Source of the DNA: the human T2T-CHM13v2.0 reference genome, Homo sapiens
Strand: one strand, 5' to 3'
DNA length: 64,000 nt
NCBI RefSeq assembly: GCF_009914755.1
Contig: NC_060938.1
In this document: positions 26,675 to 40,094 of the stretch, one piece after another
How positions within the stretch are numbered: the first letter of the stretch is position 1
How the letters are laid out: every line of letters begins with the position of its first letter
Position numbers and translations under genes: made by a program
The notes under the pieces: generated by a model
Database searches by the model: none
What the model saw: only the letters and a program-made list of their open reading frames with translations
What the model was told of the DNA's origin: nothing

Positions 26675-26852
26675 CAGTGGTTCCCAAAATGTAGCCTTTA
26701 GATAAGTGGTGTCAGTATCACTTATTTCTGCAAATTCTTGGGCTCCACCCTAGGCCTACTGAATCAGAAACTCTGAGGGTGGGGCCCAGCAATCTGTGTT
26801 TCATCAAGACCTCCAGGTGATTCTCATGACTGACAAAGTTTGAGAACCACTG
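26675..26852 (+). mobile_element. MER5A (near full length)
   Basis: TIRs cagtggttc / gaaccactg; core ggcctactgaatcagaaactctgagggtggggcccagcaatctgtg; near-identical 8-bp TSD gattatgg / tgttatgg. Confidence 0.92.
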
Positions 26853-26929
26853 TGTTATGGGACTACACAAGGAGAATGTGGAGCCCTAGAGCTCTTAGGT
26901 GTTAAATCTGATTGTCAAAGAGTCTATAA

Positions 26930-27096
26930 AATTTGCTGGGCATGGTGGTATGTGCCTGTAATTCCAGCTACTAGGGAGGCTAAAGTGGGAGGATCACTTG
27001 AGCCCAAGAGGTCAAGGCTGCAGTGAGCCGTGATAGTACTACTGCACTCCAGCCTGGGAGATAGAGTGAGTCCCTGTCTTAAACAAATTTTATATA

Positions 27097-27139
<43 letters not shown>

Positions 27140-27160
27140 GTATATACCATATATGTGAAA
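26930..27160 (+). mobile_element. FRAM/AluJ-type monomer with (TA)/(CA)n tail
   Basis: Single right-arm monomer (ggatcacttgagccc..gtcaaggctgcagtgagccgtgat); TSD-like aagagtctataa / aagggtctataa. Confidence 0.9.
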
Positions 27161-27398
27161 ATGAAGGGTCTATAAGCCTAGGGTACAATGTTCTCAAAGA
27201 TATTCCTATTTGATCTTGGCAAGCATAGACTGCCTCTTTGTTAGGATGATATAATTTGAGGGGCAAAATGGCAACCTTGCTGCTTGTTATTTTGCATACT
27301 ATTATCCAAGCCCATTGAGTCAGTGGAGACTTTTGGGGTTCAAGAATTTCCCTTCCAGACTGCTTTAAAAAAAAAAAGATTGTGATGCTATCTTAAGG

Positions 27399-27578
27399 CG
27401 GGGATGGGAAACAGGTTTTATTTGTGTGGTATGTTGATGAGGAATAATTGTCTGGAGTTCCATATTGAGGTAAATTGTGAGGCCACATTCCTTGGGGAGA
27501 CAATTGTGATTGGCAATGTCTGCAATAGGCACAGGAGGCAGGGAGTCGTGGCACACAGATCACGCATTTACCATCCCT
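27399..27578. mobile_element. Old non-autonomous hAT element (MER112-like; family uncertain)
   Basis: Imperfect terminal inverted repeats gggatgggaaa / tttaccatccc; ~180 bp. Confidence 0.45.
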
Positions 27579-28399
27579 CCTATGAGGATTTATCAGGATG
27601 CCTGGGACACAAGATACTTTTAAAGGAAACAGAAGCCTGAAGAAAGGACAAAGGTGTTGAGGAGGTGCTGAGGTATGGGAAAGCATCTCATAATTCTTCC
27701 TGGGGTTTGCGATGCTGGCTTCTAACATTTGTTATGGATACTTGACACCAACATGAATACCTTGGCAAAGTTCTGGGAAATGTCAGAAACCTTGGGGTTT
27801 AAGAAAAGAGAGGGAAAACCTGCTATTGCTCATTATAAATGTGAAAAACTATATAGCTGGGGTCTGCTGTTCTCTTCTGGAATCTACTTTCTGCCATTTG
27901 TTTTGCCTGCTGTACAGATATAGCATCCAAATGAGACTGTGGCCAGGAACAATAGTAACTGTTCCCCTGCAGGTCCTCTGGGCTTCCCAAGACACAGCAG
28001 AACAGCCCTGTACCCGGGAAGCTTTGTGTATTCATCCACCTATATAAACAGTTGAGTTGGCTCATTGAGTGGTATTCTTTCAAAGACAGCCTGTTATCCT
28101 ACTTACCACCCTAGTCAGGGGAGCCAAGTTATTTTACATATTTTTTTTGCCCAGTGGTAACATAATGACTATTTTAAAGCAAAAATCTTAGTGGATACCA
28201 TGAAGAGTAATTAAATATGACACCTGGCATAAAGAAGAACCAAATAATGTTATGTAAAGCATGAGGTTTAGGCTTTTTTTCAGTTATATATGAGCAAATG
28301 TTTTTCCTATTCAAGCTTTAAAAATCAGAGTCAGTGGCAAGTCTTTCAGTTTATATGGAAGATCATCAATTCAACTGGCAATATAAATAATGAACCTGG

Positions 28400-28580
28400 G
28401 ACACAGCTGGAGGAACAAGGGATTGGGGGGCAGGAGAAGTGTATTTTAGTCTTGGCTCTAGCACTTGTTTTATGTTCCTGAGAAAGTCCCTTAATCTCTC
28501 CTGGTCTCAATTTCTGGATCTGAAAAATAAACGGATTGAGCAAAGTACTCAATAAGGTCCCTTCCAGTTCTAGGATATTA
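28400..28580 (+). mobile_element. MIR3/MIRc fragment
   Basis: aagtcccttaatctctctggtctcaatttctggatctgaaaa..taaggtcccttccagttctagga. Confidence 0.75.
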
Positions 28581-29999
28581 ATTGTATATCTGGGTTTGTC
28601 ATTTATGTCACCTAAGCATGCCTAGATTCAATTGTCCTAGACTCATTAGGTTTAATGTCTAATCTTGCTGCTGGTTCTACTTTGCCTCTTTTTGCCAGGG
28701 AATGTTTATTGTGTAGGTCCAGTTATCCGAGCCAATGTCTGGCTCCATTTAATCCTGCACACCACTTTGTGATACACGACCTGTTGAGAGAACACATAAA
28801 AACTCTTCCTGGTATAAAAAAAGAAAAATAAAGATCCTATCCATTTCAAAGGGTCACCCAGAATGCCTGACATTTTTACTATTATTTACTCCTTTGTCTT
28901 AAGCATTCAAATCTTGTCTGTACATTAATTTACATTTCTTCAGGCCATACTATATGAAATGCATTGTGCATCCAATTTCTGCTCTTGTGAGCTCACAATC
29001 TAACAAATACATTATCTGAAATAGGTCACATGATAAAATTTCTAGAGTTATTTTTGAGCAAAGGAGTGACCGTTGAAGGTAAAATGTTAAATGAAAGCAA
29101 ACCATTTTTATAGGAGATGGATTCCATTTTGGAATCTTGGCTTTGCATCTGTGGATGGAACCTAAATGAATGACACACTTAGTTTTTCCAGCGCTGCTGG
29201 AAGTAGCAAAAATCTGAATTCCCATATGAAAAGCAATGTAGTCTTCTCTATTCCACATGCAATTTGAATTAATTTTTAAACACATTATTTCAAGGTTGTG
29301 TTTAAATAAATAATGTGTTTATTTATTTAATAAACAATGTTAAATAAATAATGTGTTTTAATAAATAAAGCACGCTTTATTTATTAAAGCCTGCTTTAAT
29401 AAATAAATGTAGAAAACACTTTGATGGACAAAATATCCAATAAAGCATGTATTTGTTCTCAGGCAGCATTATTCCTTTATATATGCCAAATGTACCGCCC
29501 CTGCCCACATAGTATTTATTTGAATCTTCATCAATGGAGCAAAGATAAACTTCAGCCCAGGCAACATTACATTCTTAATTAGTGGAATTCAAATGAATGA
29601 GATATCAGTATACCTCATGCAGAAAAGTTAGTGGGTAGAAATGAATGCAAAATGCTCAGCCATTAATAGCGTTGAGAGGGTGAATGTGGGAATCTTGTAT
29701 CTTGTGTAAGTACTAATATTAAGAGCTACTGAACTAAGTACTAATATAGCACTAAGTAGTAATACAGTACTAAGAGCTACTGAACCTTATAGAGAATACT
29801 GTTCTAAAGATTAGATAAAGAATATCTTATACTTTTAGCTGGGTTTGAGAAAACATACAAAAGAATCAGACTTAGGTTTTGCTTGGAAATCTGCAGAGCC
29901 ATTGGGAGGCATGTAAAGGTAAAGATTAGCCGAGGGTTTCAGAAATAGTTAGGATACACTAGCAGGACTCTGAAAAAACTTGTGCACTTGTAAACTTGG

Positions 30000-30712
30000 C
30001 AGACCTTAGCTGTGAATGGTTGCACCAGACCAGATGAACTGTTGGGAATGTTGAGAGAGCCAGAGAAAGAACTTGGTTATTTCTGCCGACTGAGAGAGGG
30101 AAAAAATAATCCAAATGACAGACATCCAACAGGACAGTGGTTCAGTACTTGGAAAGCAGTGAGACTGAAAACCACCTGTGGTTGGTAAAGGAAAGTAAAT
30201 GTCTTTATTTTTCTTTTTTAATTTTAAGTACTATTTTGGGCTTCACACCCCAAGTAAAATGCCAGGGGTGCAGAGGTAGACAGTAGCTTGTGTGACATCA
30301 AGAGCGAGCCCTAGTGACTCATACACAATTTGGGGTCTTCATGAATTAGAAAGAATGAATGTATGTATTGGACCAAATTCAAAGAACAGAAATGCAAAAG
30401 TATAATAGCTGGCTTTAGAGGACAGATTAAGAGGCCTAAATATGTTTGACTTGGATGAAGAATGAAAAAACAGAGATATAATAGCCACCTGCAGGTCCTT
30501 GAGGGGCTGAAACTCAAACTAAATAAGGAGAGGAACTATTTGGGGTGGTGCACAGAGGCACGGCTATGCCTGACACGATGAAATTGAGAAAAGGAAAACT
30601 CAGCCTGAATGTCAGGAAAATATTTCTACCCAAGTTCCATAAATCTGCCAAGGGAAGTGGTACAGTCTTGTTATTTGAAATCACTTAAAACTAGATTGAA
30701 TAAACCACTCAC
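30000..30712 (+). mobile_element. CR1/L3-clade LINE 3' remnant
   Basis: Translated patches EDRLRGLNMFDL, DIIATCRSLRG, MKLRKGKLSLNVRKIFL, LPREVVQS and KTRLNK match the CR1 ORF2 C-terminus pattern. Confidence 0.8.
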
Positions 30713-32086
30713 ATTTTTTAGTCCTTCCCCACTCCACCATTTCTCTTTCTAAAAAATCTGTGATTTCTTTGTTACTGCTTATATTTGTAAGTTCCATAAA
30801 TTAAATGTTCCCTGTGAAAATCTTGAAGGTATTTTTATATTTATTTCTAATTTAAAAATAAGGGTGAGATTCACTGAAAAAAAAGTCACCAGGATGTTGA
30901 TTACATTTTTCCTCCTTTGCAGAGTTCATTCCTTAAATTGCTTTGTTCAATTTGGGTACAGGCTTATTTGGGTACAGGCTTTAGTTGTTTGTTCTTACTT
31001 TTAGAGTGGAATTGCAACAAGATTAGTTTTGATTGGATACTTTAAAAATACTTAGAAATGAAAGGACTCCAATGGAATTAATTAGAATTTAATAACAGAA
31101 TTAAACTTGGAAAATTCACAAATATATGGAAACTAAACATAGTCCCAAGTAATCAATGAGTCAAAGAAATCTCAAGGGAAATTACATAATATTTTAAGAT
31201 AAATGCAAATGAAAATACAACATACCAAAACTTACAGGGTACAGCAACACAGTGTTCAGGGAAAACTTATACCTATAAATGCTTTTAAAAATGATACAGA
31301 TCTCAAGCTAATAACCTAACTTCTCCCTTAAGAAACCAGAATGAGAAAGAGCAAAGTAAACCTAAAGTAAGCAGAAGGAAGGAAATAAAGACTCGAGTGG
31401 AAATATGTAAAACAGAGAATAGAAAAACAATAGAAAAAGCAATAAAACCAAAAGTTGGATATTTAAAATGATCCACAACATTGATAAACCTTTAAACATA
31501 TGGGCCAGGAAAAAATAAAAAAACTTGAAGACTCAAGTTACTAATATCAGGAATGAAAGTGGGGAATCATTACTGACACTGCAGAAGTAAGGAGAATAAT
31601 AGAGAAATACTATAAACAACCATAGGCCAACAAATTAGATTATTTAGATGAAATGGACAAATTCTCTGAAAGACAACAGTTTTTGGAACTGCCTCAAGAA
31701 GAAATAGAAATTTGAATAAACCTGTAAGAAGTAAAGAGATTGAATTAGTAATCAAAAAACTTCACACAAAGAAAAGCCTAGGACCAGGTGGCTTCACTGG
31801 TGAATTCTAACAAACATTTAAAGAAGAGTTAGCACCAATTCTTCACAAATTCTTTCAAAAAATAGAAGAGAAGGGAGCATTTTCTAACTTATCCTATTAG
31901 ACGGTTATTACAAACTAAACCAGACAAAGTTATCACAAGAAAACTACTTTCGAATGTAGATGAACAATTCTCAACAAAAATCCTTTCCCAAAGATCAGGA
32001 ACAGAACAGGATGTCCATGATCATCACTTCTATTTAAAATTATACTGGAAGTTTTATCTAGGGCAATTAGGCAAGAAAAAGATATA

Positions 32087-32788
32087 CAGTAGTCACCACT
32101 TATCCGGGGTACACTCAAGACACCTCCAGTGGATGCTTGAAAGCATGGATTGTACCGAACCCAGTTGCTGTCAATTGAAACATGTTCCCATTCATATCTT
32201 TCATTCAGAAGTTTAATGTCTTTTGAATCTTAAATAAGCACTTACTGCACACTATGGCCATACCTTTTGCAGTTTGAGATGTGACAGCAAAACTTGTACG
32301 ATTTTTTTTCTTCTTCATGTGGATAGATTTTTTTTTATCATAGATCTTAGCAACCTCAACATACATTTTCTTCTTTCTTTTATTAAGTCGAGAATGTTGA
32401 CATTCCCACATAAAGGAAGCACTTTGTGGCTTCTCTTTGGCATATCCAAACTGCCAGCATCACTACTCTTGTGATTTGGGGCCATTAATAAGTAAAATAC
32501 GGGCTGCTTGAACACAAGCACTTTGATACCACAACAGCCAATCTGATAACCGAGAAGGCTACTACGTGGGTAGTGTATACAGTGTGGATATGCTGGGCAA
32601 CAGGATGATTCATGTCCCAGGTGGGACAGAGTAGGACTCTGAACAGTTTCATCATGATACTCAGAATGGTGTGCAATTTAAAATGTATGAATTATTTCTG
32701 GAATTTTCCATTTAACATTTTTTTCCTTGCTTGACTTCGGGTAACTGAAACTGTAGAAAGTAAAACTACAGATAAGGGGGAACTACTG
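32087..32788 (-). mobile_element. MER44C/D (Tigger7 derivative)
   Basis: TIRs cagtagt..cttatc / gataaggggg..actactg, flanked by TA (32085-86, 32789-90); minus-strand MAPNHKSSDAGSLDMPKRSHKVLPL transposase N-terminus. Confidence 0.92.
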
Positions 32789-33766
32789 TAAAAGCTATCC
32801 AGATGATAAAGGAAGAGGTAAAACTATTTCTGGTTGCACTAGAAATAGTTGCATATAGAAAATGGTGTTGTATATAGAAAATTCTAAAGAAGTTACTAAA
32901 AACAAACAAACTAAAAACCTATTAGAAATAAGTTCAGCAAAATTGCAGGATATAAGATCAATATACAAAAATTAAGAATATTTCTGTAGAGTGGTAATGA
33001 ACATTCTAAAAATGAGGTTAAAAAATCCATTTGTGATGGTATCCAAAGAATAAAATTCTTAGGTTTAAATTTATCATAAAAGTGCAAAATTTGTACACTG
33101 AAAACCATGAAACATGTTAAAAGTCATTTAAGAAGATCTACGTAAATGGAAAGACAGCTCATATTCATGAATTGGAAGACTTAATATTGTTAAGATGGCA
33201 ATATCCCCCAAATTGGCCTACAGATTCAATTCAATACATGTCAAAATTGCAGCTAGCTTTTTTTTCTTTCAGAAATTAATAAGCTGATTCTAAAATTCAT
33301 ATGGAAATGCAAGGGACACAGGATAGCGAACACTCATAAGAAAGAAGAACACTACAATCAAAGTTGGGGGATTCACACTCCCCGATTTCAAAACTTACTA
33401 CAAAGTGCAGTAATCAAGACAGTGCAGTACTGGTATAATGCCTTTTGAATTGATCTGGTATAAGGATAGACACATAGATCAATGAAACATAATTGAGAGT
33501 CTATAAATACACCCTTACATTTATGGTCAATTGATCTTTGAGAAGGTGCCAAGACAATCTGATAGGGGAAAGAATAGTAATTTCACAAAATGGTACTGGG
33601 ACATCTGTATATCCACATGCAAAAGAATGAATTTGGATGCCTACCTCACAGCATACACAAAAGTTAACTCAAAATGGGTTATGGATCTAAATTTTAGAGC
33701 TAAAACTATGAAGCTCTTGGAAGAAAACATAGGTGTAAATCTTTGTAACTTGGGTTGAGCAACAGC

Positions 33767-34057
33767 TTTTATTATTATTATTATTATTATACTTTAAGTT
33801 CTGGGGTACGTGTGCACAACATGCAGGTTTATTACATTGGTATACATGTGCCATGTTGGTTTGCTGCACCCATCAACTTGTCATTTACATTAGGTATTTC
33901 TCCTTATGCTATCCCTCCCCCATGCCCCCAACCCCCGACAGGCCCCGTGTGTGATCTTCCCCTCCCTGTGTCCACGTGTTCTCATTGTTCAACTCCCACT
34001 TATGAGTGAGAACATGCAGTGTTTGGTTTTCTCTTCTTGTGTTACTTTGCTGAAAAT
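33767..34057 (-). mobile_element. L1PA (about L1PA7/8) 3'-end fragment inserted antisense in L1MB
   Basis: (TTA)n tail, then tatactttaagttctggggtac..cccacttatgagtgagaacatgcagtgtttgg. Confidence 0.92.
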
Positions 34058-34871
34058 ATGACACCAAAAGCATAAGCAACTAAAGAAAAAATAGACAAGT
34101 TAGATTTCAGTGAGATTAAAAAGTTTTGTGTTGCAAACAGTACCATTAAGAAAATGAAAAGACAGACCACAGAATGGGAGAAAATATTTGCAAATTATAT
34201 ATTTGATAAGGGACTTTTATCCAGAACATGAAAAACATTATTATAGCTCAATAATAAAAAAGACAACCTAATTAAAAATGAGCAAAATATCTGAATATAT
34301 ATTTCTCCAAAGATTTACAAATGGCCAATAAACACATGAAAAGATGTTCAACACTATTAGTCATCAGGGAAATGGAAATTAAAATCACAATGAGATATTG
34401 CTTCAACCCACTTGGATGGCTATAATGAAAAACACAGATAGTAACTGTTGGTGAGGATGTGGAGAAACTGGAAGCCTCACACAAGGCTAGTGGGAATGTA
34501 AAATGGTGCAGTTGCTATGGAAAACATGTTAGCAATTCCTTAAATGTTAAATACAGATTTAGCACGTGATTCAGTGATTCTGCTCCTAGGATACCACGGA
34601 GAATTAAAAACATATGAACATGAAAACTTGTATATGAATATTCACAGCAGCATTATTTATAATAGCCCAAATCTATTCAACTGATGTAGATAAGCAAATG
34701 TGGTATATCCATATAATGGAATATTATTTGGCAATAAAAGGAATGGAATATTGACACATGCTACAACATGGGTGGAACTTGAAAACATTATGCTAAATGA
34801 AAGAAGCCATTCACAAAAAAAACCTACTGTATAATTCCATTTATGTAAAATGTCCAAAATAGGCAAATCTA

Positions 34872-34995
34872 TAGAGACAAAAGTAGATTAGTGGTTGCCA
34901 TGAATGGGAGTGGAGTAGGGGTATGAAAATGTTTAGAGACAAAAGTAGATTAGTGGTTGCCGTGAATGGGAGTGGACTGGGGGTATGAAAATGTT
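34872..34995 (+). repeat. 62-bp tandem duplication within the L1 3' UTR
   Basis: tagagacaaaagtagattagtggttgcc..gtatgaaaatgtt twice, 3 mismatches. Confidence 0.95.
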
Positions 34996-36099
34996 CTAAA
35001 ATTAGATTGTGATATCATAACTCTGTGAATAGACTAAAAACCATTGAACTGTACACTTTAAGTGTATGAATTGCATGATATGTGAATTGTATTTCAATAA
35101 AGCTGTTTTTTAAAAAGGAAAGGATTCCATTATGCTGGGCATCACTAAAGCTAAATGAAAATGTTGTTCTTTTGATCTTAAAAGAGCTCACACGTTTTTT
35201 TTTCAGCCTCTCTCCTCCTACCTCTGTCTGTCTCTTTTCAGTTGTTTTTCTCTCCCTTGTGACTTATTCCACAAAAGACATAATTTATGACTCATAAATT
35301 TTATGATTGACTCTTAGGTGACCAACTTGAAACTGAGAAAAGGAAAACTCAACCTAGAAATAAGAAAAAATATTTCTTACACAATTTCTATAAATCTTTC
35401 AAGAGAAGTGGCAGAAGTCTTAGATAGCTGAATAGGTAACTGCATAAGCCCCTCACCCATTCCAGTGGTTGGGATGGGGAGGAGGGATGCCAGCATAACC
35501 TTAAAGTGGGGTGGACTCAGACTGGGGTACTGGACCAGAGGCTGGGGAAGGGACATTGCCACTCCCACCAAGAACAGATACTGAGTTCCTTTCTGCCAGG
35601 CAGAAGGTTGGAGAGAATTTAGTAGAGCAGCATACCAGTCCCCAATATTGCAATGAAACAATCCAAATAAGGTCCTGGTGTTCAAGATGAAGAAAACCTT
35701 TTGGTAACTACCCAAAATATAAATGTAAAACAGGAAACAAAGAGGCAATGGAAAAACATAAAATCTGACAATTCATTAAGAAAAAAACCCAACCACCTCT
35801 AGACGTTGTGAAATGCAAAATCACGCAGGGGAGAGGATGGGGAAGGGCAGGACAAAAGCTAAACACAAGGTGTCGTTTCCTATTACTGTGCCTCAGATGG
35901 TGCTTCACTGGGCAACTTTGTCAGACCACACATGAGACTGGGAAGTCAGAAAGAAGCTTTGCTTTCATAAAATCTTTCCTTCTTCCTTTGCTGATGCCTG
36001 ATATTCCTTAGATAAAAAATAAGGTTGCTTGCTTTATAATTAAAGCTAATAGACTTGAACGTGTGATATAATTGAGAGTTAATACTCAAGAGTAAATGT

Positions 36100-37270
36100 T
36101 TTTATCAAGAGGTACCTGATGGTTCCATGCTGGGCCTGAAGGGTTGAAAAAGCATGAAGACCCTATGTGCTAAGGAGACAGAGATGTGAAAAGAAGATGA
36201 TGGCAGGCCTTGAGTGTTAGGACAAGAAATTTAGTCACAGGTAGAAAAAGAGGAAGATTCTTACGCAGGAGAGTAACATGATTAAATCAATGGCTGAGGT
36301 CATTTTGACAGCATAGCTAATAGACAAGATTGGGCACAATGACAAGGCAGCCACTTTGAAAGATGTTATCATAATCCAGACAGGAGAGATTAGAAATATT
36401 GCAGAAGTGGAAAGAAGAGAGGAACAAATTGAGGACAGATGGTGAAAAAAAGTCGCTACCTTAAAGGTGGTTCCAGAACCTCATGGGCTCTCTCTAAGGG
36501 TAGCACAAACCCATAGTAATGGGAAAGGGAGTCATACTGCTCATTTAATTTTCTCTTCTTGGCCTTAAGAATTCTCCAGTAGTTCCTCACTGTGGTCAAG
36601 TTAAAGTCCAAATTCCACAATAACATTATGAGGTTCTTCCTAATCTGTTTCCTGCCTGCCTCTCCAAACACCCATGTCTCCCTGCTGCTGCCTCTCATTC
36701 CAGCCACCCTGAAGAACTCTCTCCACTTCTGGGTTTTGTAAGAAATGGCTCTCCTGGGACATTTCTTCTTTTTGCACCTACCCTCTACCTTTTCCCCTAA
36801 ATGGGGGTAATTCCTATGTATACTTGAGATCTCAATTTAGACATCACTCGGCAGAAAATCTCTCCTGTCCCTTCCCTCGACTAGGGCTAATTTTTTCTCC
36901 CTTCCCTCAACTATGGCTAATTTTTTCTCCCATGGGTCTCTTTATTACCCAGTGCAGCACAAGAGCATCCTACTTTAGCACAAACTATTATACTGAATGT
37001 CTCTTCAAATTTTGGTGGGCACAAAATTAACCTCTAGTGCTTCCTAAATGCACACTTCCAGATTCAGGCCAAAGACTGATTTAGTAGAGCTTGACCAAAC
37101 CCACACTTTTGGAAACACTGCTGTATTGTAATTGGTTGTTTACTTATTAGTAATCCCAACTGGACTGCAGCTCTGGAAGGGCAGAGGCCATTATAATCCT
37201 AACACCCAGGACAGGGCCTAATGTGGTACAGGCAGCCATTTAGGTAGTTGTCAAATAAGTGAATAAACAA
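36100..37270. mobile_element. L2 fragments (antisense then sense) with a MER5-like piece near 36990-37120 and a 30-bp tandem duplication at 36868-36931
   Basis: cttaagaattctccagtagttcc..aaagtccaaattcc; tcccaactggactgcagctctggaagggcagagg; tcccttccctc(g/a)acta(g/t)ggctaattttttc x2. Confidence 0.55.
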
Positions 37271-39685
37271 TGTGAGAAGAGGAAGAGCAAGAAAAACCAA
37301 CTGAAGTCTGCAAGCTTAGGAACCAAGAAAGTAATAGAAAAAAATGAGAAGGGGCATCTATTTGTGGGGGAAATTATGAAAACCCACATGCAAATTTCAG
37401 GCAACAGGTTGGGATTCTAAGGCAGTGCCCAGGCCTCCATGCCTCCTGTCTGGCACTGACTATAATGTGGAAAATGGCCTGGCTCTTCTTACATTACCTG
37501 TGCACTTCCAAGGACTCCAAAATGTGTTTTCCCCAAAGGCAGTATATAATTTTGAGAATTGCAATCATTTTTTCCATGTTCTTTTGAAGGCTGTAAAATA
37601 ATTTTAGATGCAATAGTAATTCTAGGTCCTTGCTTACCCTTGACCTTTGAAGTTTTATTCAAAACATCACAAACCTCTCAGCCCGGATGTTGGCAAGTTA
37701 ATGATATATTGCTGCAGGAAAGAACTTGGTCTTGTTTGCATGAGGAACTCGGAATCTTTGGTATATTACCTCAACTTTTTTTTTTAGGATACAACTGAAA
37801 TATAATTTTGTTAGTGTAAAGGTAAAAGATGAAGTATTAGGAAAAATAACAAAGCCTCCCAATGTTTTTGGAACTCAGTGTTATTATGCTGTTGATGTAA
37901 GAACTCTTCAAAACCCATGGTGACTCTTCTAGCTCAAGAATAAAAAAGATAATTTTCAGCAAAGTGAGTCCACTGCCTTTTTTCTTTTTTTTTTTTTAGA
38001 GGTTGAGCTCCTTTTACCCATTTCCTACATCCAGCCTCATTCTTGGTTTCTAAATGGTAGGATTCACACAGAACTGATTACTAAACCACCCTGCCAACTA
38101 CTCTTGAAAACTTCTTAGCCTTTTAACTAGCAAAATCAACCTTAAGAAGAATAAGGCCTTTATAAGGCAAGCAGTGAACAAATCCAGCTTATACCATTTG
38201 GTACATCTCACAGAATACTGTAAATCATTGTGATTTATATATATTTCTTAAGATTCTCTACTGTGGAGCAAGCATCTTGAGGACATGGGACAGGTACCCT
38301 TCTCTGGACCTAATCCAATGTTCTACATTGACTAAGTGCTTACTAAGTGGCTGTGGAATGGACAAATTAATCCTTAGCACCTTTCTGATCCTGGTTAGCT
38401 GATTAGCACACAGTACTGGGCATGTCCAGTGCAGCCAATACTGGTGAATTAAATGTAATGACATCGTTTTCTAACACCTCCTTGGTATTTATTTTCTTGG
38501 GGAAGGGTGACTAATTATGCTCTGGAGAGGCTAGCCACCTCCTGGCAGCCATGTTAAAGGTGTGGACAGTGCTGGGCCTGGAGGCATTATTAGCTTCTGT
38601 GTGTAGATGGAGAATCTCAGGTTACAAGAGATTGGGAGACTACACTTGAGGTTCCAGGTGGCATAGTAGAGGCCAGAAACCTTCTGGATCAAACAGATTA
38701 CTTCTTGGAAGCAGTGACAAATAGCTGTTTTTCTATGAGAGGACGTTTTCTTATGTGAAACTTGGTCTTTATCTTCTTTTTCAGCTTTTGGAATTGGAAG
38801 ATGTTTTCCATCTTCTTTCCTTTCACTGGCGTCATATAGGAACCCTGCTTACAAACACTCTGTTCTTTTAAAACTAGTTTTCCAGTAAGGTTTCTTCATC
38901 CTGGGGAGCCCAACAACCCACACCATGCTCTATTTAGACTTCTGCCATCTGCCGGCCTCCCCCAATCACCTCCTCCACGACACACACGTAACACCACAAA
39001 TTCCCAGCCAGGAAGGAGATGCTGTTTCAACTGGGTGTTTGAAGATGTCATCCTTTCTTTCCATAATAAATTAATGTTTTCTCCTCCCCACTGTGATCCT
39101 TTATATATAACCTCCTCATACTCAGAAAAATTTTCCGCTGATGTTTAAATATATTTATTTGGCAAGTGTGTGTGTTCTCAGTGATGAAGTTCTCTTGACT
39201 GAGAACTATAATATTATGAGAAAGACCTCCTCCTAACCCTGATTATGTGTTCATGCTTAAGATAGGCTCACAGTAACATCATAACCCGACTTCTATATAG
39301 CAACACAATGATAAGGCACATTGGCACATTGATAGAATCACTGCCCCTAAGCTGAAAATTTGTCTGTGTAATATTTTCTTGCACTCTCCTTTTCCTCAGA
39401 CAGTGCCAGAGCAGCAGCCAGCACCTGCAGTTACTGGCAAGGTGTGTTGGCAGCTGGACCAGCCAGATGCCAAGGTCTAGCCTGCTCCAATAATATTTTA
39501 GTGTCTGGGTGGCAAGCTGGCTTCCTGCTGACATATAAGTCTGCCACTGCCCCATGGAGTGGTCCTGGAGGCTTGCATCAGGGTTGGCTGCTAACCACCC
39601 ACCTCTAGGGAAGAGAGTGGACTCCCCTTGACCCTTTTCTAGAAGGTGGTAACTGTGGTAGAAATCTCTTTTAGAATTAGAGAGG

Positions 39686-39849
39686 CTTTCTGAAGGGTGA
39701 GTGCCTGCTCCTTTCAGTGACTGCTGTGGCTACCCAAACCACCTTGATTCTTCTCTTGGTGCCTTGTTAGCTCACGCAGAAACGTCCCCCAAATCAGAGC
39801 TTATGCTCCCATATCTGTGCCTTGCTATGGGAACAATGGGAGCCCAAGT
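39686..39849 (+). repeat. Copy 1 of a ~163-bp dispersed duplication
   Basis: About 90% identical by eye to 40974-41135. Confidence 0.95.
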
Positions 39850-40094
39850 CTACTGGCCAAGTGGCATTGCAAAGGCAGATGGCTCTACTTCTGCATAAAT
39901 TTTTCACTTCAGTTAGAGTTATTTCCCATGCTTAGTAGATACCATAAATAAGTATTCTATGGCATTCCTTTGCAAGTGGGCATTTGTCCAGGCAAGTAAG
40001 TTCTCTTTAAGCAGATGGTAAATGCGTCTGTCTCGTAAATTCTATTCCATTACAATTAATGTTGGGAGACTGGGCAGATGATAATGGGAAGTTG

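Larger units (their letters stand above)
31085..35117 (+). mobile_element. L1MB-type LINE-1, 5'-truncated (decayed ORF2 plus 3' UTR), interrupted by MER44 and L1PA
   Basis: aatgaaaatacaacataccaaaactta; ggaccaggtggcttcactggtgaattcta; ggaagacttaatattgttaagatggc; ends ttcaataaagctgtttttt-aaaaa. Confidence 0.92.

Noticed and set aside
39643-39696. 54-nt coding micro-exon between an acceptor and the GTGAGT donor
   Set aside because: Stop codons in all three frames.
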